A stretch of 64,000 nt of DNA from Minisyncoccota bacterium (GTDB taxonomy: Bacteria; Patescibacteriota; Minisyncoccia; Phycocordibacterales; UBA9973). Location: positions 21,595 through 85,594 of the forward strand of contig DAONFW010000001.1 in the NCBI GenBank assembly GCA_035403785.1. Reading direction: 5' to 3'. Made by a program: the position numbers and the translations under genes. Shown piece after piece: positions 59,143-64,000 of the stretch (position 1 is its first letter; each line of letters begins with the position of its first letter). Below the pieces are notes generated by a model that saw only the letters and a program-made list of their open reading frames with translations, was not told where the DNA came from and did not search any database.

Positions 59143-59709
59143 ATGAAAAAAGAAATTATAACAATAGCTGGTACTGCAGGCAGCGGAAAGTCTAGTACTG
59201 CAAACTTAGTAGCTCAAAAACTTGGTTTTAAAAGATTCTCATCTGGAGACTTCATGCGAAAAATCGCTTTAGAGTTAAATATGAGTCTAGACGAGCTTTC
59301 AACCAAGGCTGAAACAGATAGCTCTATCGACGAAAAAATAGACGCAGAAGTTAAGAAAGCCGGTGAAAATACTAAACTAGTAATAGATTCACGCTTAGCT
59401 TTTCATTGGATACCAGATTCTTTCAAGGTATTTTTGGATTTATCACCAGAAATAGCAAAAAATAGAATTCTAAGCGACCTGAAAACTAACACGCTCAGAA
59501 AACAAAGCGAAGATGCTTCCAGTCCAGAAGAAATTTATAAAAAAATAACAGACCGTTTAGAAAGTGAGAAAAAAAGATACATGCAGCTTTACAACATAGA
59601 TTATACAGATAAAAATAATTATGATTTGGTTATAAATACAGATATAAATAATCTAGAAGAAGTGGCAAATATAGTAGTAACTGGCTATAAAAATTGGCTA
59701 GAAAAATAA
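59143..59709 (+). CDS. cmk: Cytidylate kinase-like NMP kinase
   Basis: P-loop ITIAGTAGSGKSST...FSSGDFMR. Confidence 0.65.
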   Translation: MKKEIITIAGTAGSGKSSTANLVAQKLGFKRFSSGDFMRKIALELNMSLDELSTKAETDSSIDEKIDAEVKKAGENTKLVIDSRLAFHWIPDSFKVFLDLSPEIAKNRILSDLKTNTLRKQSEDASSPEEIYKKITDRLESEKKRYMQLYNIDYTDKNNYDLVINTDINNLEEVANIVVTGYKNWLEK

Positions 59710-59749
59710 AATTTTAGAAATTTAAAAAAATCAAAAAGTAAATAAAAAA

Positions 59750-59775
59750 TAAAAACCCGAACTCGGGTTTTTATT
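59750..59775. terminator. Bidirectional terminator (cccga-ac-tcggg)
   Basis: Seen in sequence, between cmk and the convergent secY. Confidence 0.6.
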
Positions 59776-59802
59776 TTTCTGATTTTTTCTATTAAGCTGC
59801 TC

Positions 59803-61074
59803 TTAGTATTCTCGCATTGAGATCTGTGCGTCTATTTTCTTTATCAAATCTAGAAGTACTGAGACAACGATCAACAAAGCTGTACCGCCAAGAGCTATCG
59901 CTGTTATTCCCGTAACTGCTCTCATAATCAAAGGCAAAATTGCAATGAATCCCAAGAAGACTGCTCCAAGCATTGTAATTCTGTTTAGAACTTTGGTGAT
60001 ATAAACTGAAGTTGATTGACCTGGTCTAATTCCTGGAATGAAAGCTCCGTTTTTCTGTAAGTTAGTTGAAAGTGCTTCTGGATCAAAAGTAACTGCTGTG
60101 TAGAAGTATGTGAACAAGAAGACTAAAACGAAATACAAAACTCCGTACAATAATGAAGTTTGAGAAAATGAAGAAAGTGCGTGTGAAATTTTCAAAACTG
60201 TAGCATTACTTGAACTTGCCAAAAAGTTTCCGATCATTTGAGGAAAAAGCAAAATTGACAAGGCAAAGATTATCGGAATAACTCCAGCTTGGTTCACACG
60301 TAATGGAATATAAGTAGAACCTCCACCGTACATTTTTGCTCCCCTAACCTGTTTTGCATAAGTAACTGGAATTGGTCTTTCTGCTTCTGTAACTATAACA
60401 ACTCCTGCTACTACTAAAATTCCAACAACTATAAACATTATATAAAGTGGAATTTGTGATACATCAAATGAGAACAAAAGTTGTCCAACTTCAGAAGGAA
60501 TTCTTGAAACGATACCGGCAAAAATCAACATTGAAACTCCATTTCCAATACCGAATTCTGTCATTAATTCTCCGATCCACATTAGCAACATTGATCCTGC
60601 AATAACAATCACCATATTTGTAATTCTGTCGAAAACAGTTAAGTTTACCAAAATATTTTGACGTTCTAATATTGCCAAAAGACTATAACCTTGAATTGCA
60701 GCTAACGGAATCGTAAGCAGTCTTGAATACTGAGTGAATTTCTTTCTGCCTAATTCTCCTTCTTCATGATAAAGCCTCTTAAGAGCTGGAACCATGATAG
60801 TCAAAAGCTGCATGATGATAGAACTTGTGATATAAGGTCCAACTCCAAGCATTATGATCGAAAGATTTGAAAGTCCACCTCCAGAAAAAATGTTTAGAAT
60901 TCCGAAAAACTGGTTATTAGATAAGAATCTATTAAGCTGCACTGTATCGATTCCAGGAATTGGAATAGCAGAAAGTAATCTGAAAATAACCAAACCTCCT
61001 AACATAAACAGAATCTTATTTCTCAAAGATTTATCTGACCAAACTAATTTAATTTTGCTTAAAAATTTGTCCAT
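59803..61074 (-). CDS. secY: Preprotein translocase subunit SecY
   Basis: 10-TM 423-aa protein in the canonical position after rplO. Confidence 0.9.
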   Translation of the reverse strand: MDKFLSKIKLVWSDKSLRNKILFMLGGLVIFRLLSAIPIPGIDTVQLNRFLSNNQFFGILNIFSGGGLSNLSIIMLGVGPYITSSIIMQLLTIMVPALKRLYHEEGELGRKKFTQYSRLLTIPLAAIQGYSLLAILERQNILVNLTVFDRITNMVIVIAGSMLLMWIGELMTEFGIGNGVSMLIFAGIVSRIPSEVGQLLFSFDVSQIPLYIMFIVVGILVVAGVVIVTEAERPIPVTYAKQVRGAKMYGGGSTYIPLRVNQAGVIPIIFALSILLFPQMIGNFLASSSNATVLKISHALSSFSQTSLLYGVLYFVLVFLFTYFYTAVTFDPEALSTNLQKNGAFIPGIRPGQSTSVYITKVLNRITMLGAVFLGFIAILPLIMRAVTGITAIALGGTALLIVVSVLLDLIKKIDAQISMREY

Positions 61075-61089
61075 AATTTTTATAAATTT

Positions 61090-61512
61090 TTATAAAACTG
61101 AACCACCGGCCTTTTCTATCTTTTCTTTTGCTGAAGCTGAAACAGAACATTTTGAAACTTGAATTTTAATTCCAAAATCTCTTTTACCAGCTAAAATTTT
61201 AACAGCTGGCACAACTCCTTTTTTCTTTTTTATTATATTCAATTCTAAAAGCTTAGTTGGATTGATTTCTCCATCTTTTGTAATCTTATCTAGAGATACA
61301 CCCACTGGTTTAATCTGGAAAGAATTGAATCTGTATCCTCTGTTCTTTGGTAATCTTTTTATGATGTCACGAAGTTCTGGACGTCTCTTGTTACCAGCTC
61401 TCGCTGTTTGTCCTTTTCCTCCACGACCAGAAGTCTTTGCGTGTTTTCCACCACGTCCGACTATTCTGTCTTTTTTATTCTTATGTGTTCTTTTAACGTT
61501 ATGTATTTGCAT
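61090..61512 (-). CDS. rplO: 50S ribosomal protein L15
   Basis: Gly/Arg-rich N-terminus GRGGKHAKTSGRGGKGQTARAG. Confidence 0.9.
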   Translation of the reverse strand: MQIHNVKRTHKNKKDRIVGRGGKHAKTSGRGGKGQTARAGNKRRPELRDIIKRLPKNRGYRFNSFQIKPVGVSLDKITKDGEINPTKLLELNIIKKKKGVVPAVKILAGKRDFGIKIQVSKCSVSASAKEKIEKAGGSVL

Positions 61513-61523
61513 AAAAATTTAAA

Positions 61524-62162
61524 TTATTTTTTAACTTCTCTTTTAACAAAAGGTCTTTCTGATTTAACGAACGGCTTTTCTGTTGTCTGACTTTCTACTG
61601 GTCTAACATACTTTGTTGAAACTTGTGAAAGTGCTGCCATAACTGCTTTTGAGTTATTTAGCTTATTCTTAGTTCCAGACAAAATTTTTCCTGTTACATC
61701 TTTGATACCTGCTAGTTTAATGATATCACGAAGTACTGAACCAGCAACCAATCCTCTTCCTTTGTTTGGAATAATTACTACTTTTGAACTTGAGAATTTT
61801 GCTGAAACTTCATGAGGCAGTGAAGAACTTTTAGTCAAATTAACTTTGATCATATTCTTCTTAGCATTTCTCAAAGCTTTATTGATAGCCAAAGAAGTAT
61901 CTCCGGCCTTCCCAAGTCCTAAACCAACAGCACCTTTTTTGTCCCCTGCTGCCAATGTAACACTGAAAGAAAATCTTCTTCCTCCAGCTACAACACGAGT
62001 AACTCTTCTAATATCAACAATCTTTTGGTCAAATTCTGGTTTTGGTCGGTCAAAAGAAGAAGGTCTTCTTCCTGTATTTCTTCTTGGGCCAAAACCTGAG
62101 TTTGCACTTGTACTTGCATTTGCGCTTGTATTTGAATTTGTATTTGTTTTTCCTTTTTCCAT
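61524..62162 (-). CDS. rpsE: 30S ribosomal protein S5 with low-complexity N-terminal extension
   Basis: IVDIRRVTRVVAGGRRFSFSV...GLGLGKAG. Confidence 0.9.
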   Translation of the reverse strand: MEKGKTNTNSNTSANASTSANSGFGPRRNTGRRPSSFDRPKPEFDQKIVDIRRVTRVVAGGRRFSFSVTLAAGDKKGAVGLGLGKAGDTSLAINKALRNAKKNMIKVNLTKSSSLPHEVSAKFSSSKVVIIPNKGRGLVAGSVLRDIIKLAGIKDVTGKILSGTKNKLNNSKAVMAALSQVSTKYVRPVESQTTEKPFVKSERPFVKREVKK

Positions 62163-62167
62163 ATTTT

Positions 62168-62509
62168 TTAAAACTTCAAACCAGAAGCTCTGGCTTCATC
62201 AGCTACTAATTTAATACGGCCTGTGTACTTAAAACCATTTCTATCAAAAACAACTTTTGATATTTTATTCTGAAGAGCTAGTTCAGCTACTTTCTTTCCA
62301 ACTTCTTTTGCTCTTTCTGTCTTTGTGCCTTTGGTCAATTTAATGTCACTAGCTTGAACAATAGTTTTTCTTGTATCATCATCAATTATTTGAGCATAGA
62401 TAAATTTATTAGATCTGAAAACTGAAAGTCTTGGACGATCAGAAGTTCCATGAATTCTTGATTTAATCTTTGCTTTTAATCTCATTCTTTTTTCGTTTTT
62501 CTTTTGCAT
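62168..62509 (-). CDS. rplR: 50S ribosomal protein L18
   Basis: RLSVFRSNKFIYAQIIDD; C-terminal FDRNGFKYTGR. Confidence 0.9.
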   Translation of the reverse strand: MQKKNEKRMRLKAKIKSRIHGTSDRPRLSVFRSNKFIYAQIIDDDTRKTIVQASDIKLTKGTKTERAKEVGKKVAELALQNKISKVVFDRNGFKYTGRIKLVADEARASGLKF

Positions 62510-62532
62510 ATGTTTAAAATTAAATTAAAAGC

Positions 62533-63066
62533 TTAGACGGTTTTCTTACCTTGCTTTCTTCTAATAATTTCACCTTCATATCTCATCCCCTTTCCTTTGT
62601 ATGGTTCTGGTTTCTTCAAAGCTCTAACAGCAGCGGTATAGCTTCCGACAAGTTCTTTGTCGATACCAGTAACTGTAATGATGTTTTTTTCAGCTGTCAC
62701 AGTAAGACCTTCTGGAATTTTCACGATAACTGGATGAGAAAAACCTAAAGCAAAATGAATTTCTTTCCCTTTTACTTCTGATTTAAATCCAACTCCTTCT
62801 AGAATTAATTTTTTCTGATAAGGAGTCTGCACACCCTGAATCATATTCTTTAAGTGTGAAGCGTAAGTACCCCAAAGAGATTTTGAGAACTTATCGTTTC
62901 TTTTAACATTCAAAGTTATCATATTGTCAGCGATTGTGATAACAACATCATCTTTGAAATCTTTTGAAAGAGATCCTTTTGGACCTTTCACAGTAAAAGT
63001 ATTGCCATTTTTTGTGACTTCAACTCCTGCTGGTATTTTAATTTCTTGTTTTCCTATTCTTGACAT
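62533..63066 (-). CDS. rplF: 50S ribosomal protein L6
   Basis: MSRIGKQEIKIPAGVEV. Confidence 0.9.
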   Translation of the reverse strand: MSRIGKQEIKIPAGVEVTKNGNTFTVKGPKGSLSKDFKDDVVITIADNMITLNVKRNDKFSKSLWGTYASHLKNMIQGVQTPYQKKLILEGVGFKSEVKGKEIHFALGFSHPVIVKIPEGLTVTAEKNIITVTGIDKELVGSYTAAVRALKKPEPYKGKGMRYEGEIIRRKQGKKTV

Positions 63067-63075
63067 AAAATTTTA

Positions 63076-63462
63076 TTACCACATTTTAAATAATACTTCT
63101 CCGCCGACCTGTTCTTTTCTGGCTTCTTTTCCAGACAAAATTCCTTTAGGTGTTGAAAGAACCAACACACCCAAACCATTTCTAATAGTATGAATATCTT
63201 TCATACCAAAATAAACTCTCTTTGACTGTTTTGAAATTCTTGTGACTTCTGTAATTTTTGGTTTTTTGTTAGTGTAAACTAATTCAACTTCCAAAACAGG
63301 TTTCCCTTTTTTAACTTTTTTTGAAAATTCAGAAACGAAGCCTTCTCTCTTTAGACAATCTAAGATAGCATTCTTCATTTTTGAATAAGGGAAAGAAACA
63401 TTAGCCTTATTTGCAAGACTAGCGTTCTTCATCATTATTATCATATTTGCTATTGGATCCAT
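63076..63462 (-). CDS. rpsH: 30S ribosomal protein S8
   Basis: MDPIANMIIMMKNA...; C-terminal GGEVL. Confidence 0.9.
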   Translation of the reverse strand: MDPIANMIIMMKNASLANKANVSFPYSKMKNAILDCLKREGFVSEFSKKVKKGKPVLEVELVYTNKKPKITEVTRISKQSKRVYFGMKDIHTIRNGLGVLVLSTPKGILSGKEARKEQVGGEVLFKMW

Positions 63463-63483
63463 AATTTTTTATTTATTCTGCTA

Positions 63484-63669
63484 TTACCAAGAAGATTTTC
63501 TTACTCCTGGTAACATACCTTCGTTTGCTAATTCTCTGAAACAAATTCGACATACTCCGAAATCTCGCATGAAGCCATTTCCTCGGCCACAGCGAAAACA
63601 TCGATTCTTTGCTCGAGTGCTAAATTTTGGTTTTTTTAAAGCTCTTGCTTTTACTGACGTTTTAGCCAT
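63484..63669 (-). CDS. rpsZ: 30S ribosomal protein S14, zinc-ribbon type Z
   Basis: 61 aa with CxxC...CxxC. Confidence 0.9.
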   Translation of the reverse strand: MAKTSVKARALKKPKFSTRAKNRCFRCGRGNGFMRDFGVCRICFRELANEGMLPGVRKSSW

Positions 63670-63860
63670 TTTTACTTTTTGTTTATTATTTATTATTCTT
63701 ATAATTAATACTTAAAAATACTCAGGATTTGCTTTGCAATATCTCACTTTTTTTCTTATTTTCTCAAAATTCCCTGAAAAAATAAGGAGAAAAGCGGATT
63801 AAACAAAACAAGATTCCCTTAACTTTCATATTATCAGATTTTACGAATAAGTCAAACAAA

Positions 63861-63905
63861 TAAAATAAACAAAAATCCCCTGCCGAGTAGCAGAGGATTT
63901 TTTAT
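63861..63905 (-). terminator. Terminator-like hairpin between rplE and rpsZ inside the ribosomal operon
   Basis: atcccctgc-cgagta-gcagaggat. The plus-strand A-run gives a T-run on the minus strand. It lies 20 bp past the rplE stop. Confidence 0.45.
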
Positions 63906-63922
63906 GAAAAAATTTTCTATTT

Positions 63923-64000
63923 TTTAAAAGGCACACCAACTAGTTCAAAAAATTCTATTCCTTCTTTTTTACTTTTTGCGGAAGATACTAGAGTGATAGC
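63923..64000 (-). CDS. rplE: 50S ribosomal protein L5, C-terminal fragment (truncated by the window edge)
   Basis: The translated tail ...AITLVSSAKSKKEGIEFFELVGVPFKK resembles the L5 C-terminus (...FPFRK). It lies upstream of rpsZ as expected. Confidence 0.6.

Overview
This is an AT-rich window with compact genes and the hallmarks of a CPR/Patescibacteria-type genome: a ribosomal protein operon with no L30 gene between S5 and L15, a zinc-ribbon S14, and a type IV pilus cluster with no secretin. The core content includes ligA, recG, ftsH, smpB with an adjacent tmRNA, infC-rpmI-rplT, ndk, map, adk, cmk and secY, plus the run rplE(partial)-rpsZ-rpsH-rplF-rplR-rpsE-rplO. Positions 9.4-21 kb hold a complete Gram-positive-style type IV pilus/competence locus (pilM-N-O, pilB, a CheY-like regulator, pilT, pilC, pilA, pilD, three minor pilins, comFC nearby). 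Downstream lie a large SBBP-repeat surface protein with a peptidoglycan-binding tail and a C11 tract in its promoter region, two efflux operons (MacAB-like ABC; MarR-EmrAB-like MFS with an ECF sigma factor) and a cytoplasmic two-component pair.

The most unusual content is two paralogous, GC-rich islands, each abutting the 3' end of a different tRNA-Ser gene (anticodon GGA at 6.6 kb, GCU at 38.6 kb). The islands share one nested architecture: [X' long inverted repeat] - type II restriction-modification cargo - [X] joined through a 6-bp CCGCCA core to [Y inverted repeat] - large serine recombinase - [Y'] - tRNA-Ser. In both islands the recombinase ORF reads through the Y' repeat and antisense into the tRNA. 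Island 1 also carries a LexA-like repressor heading the MTase-REase operon and a divergent coiled-coil two-TM protein. Island 2 carries a C-protein, an m5C MTase and a PD-(D/E)xK REase. A divergent second Ser-type tRNA with an apparent ACU anticodon sits next to island 2. A 922-aa orphan VirB4/T4CP-like ATPase and several structured intergenic elements are also noted.
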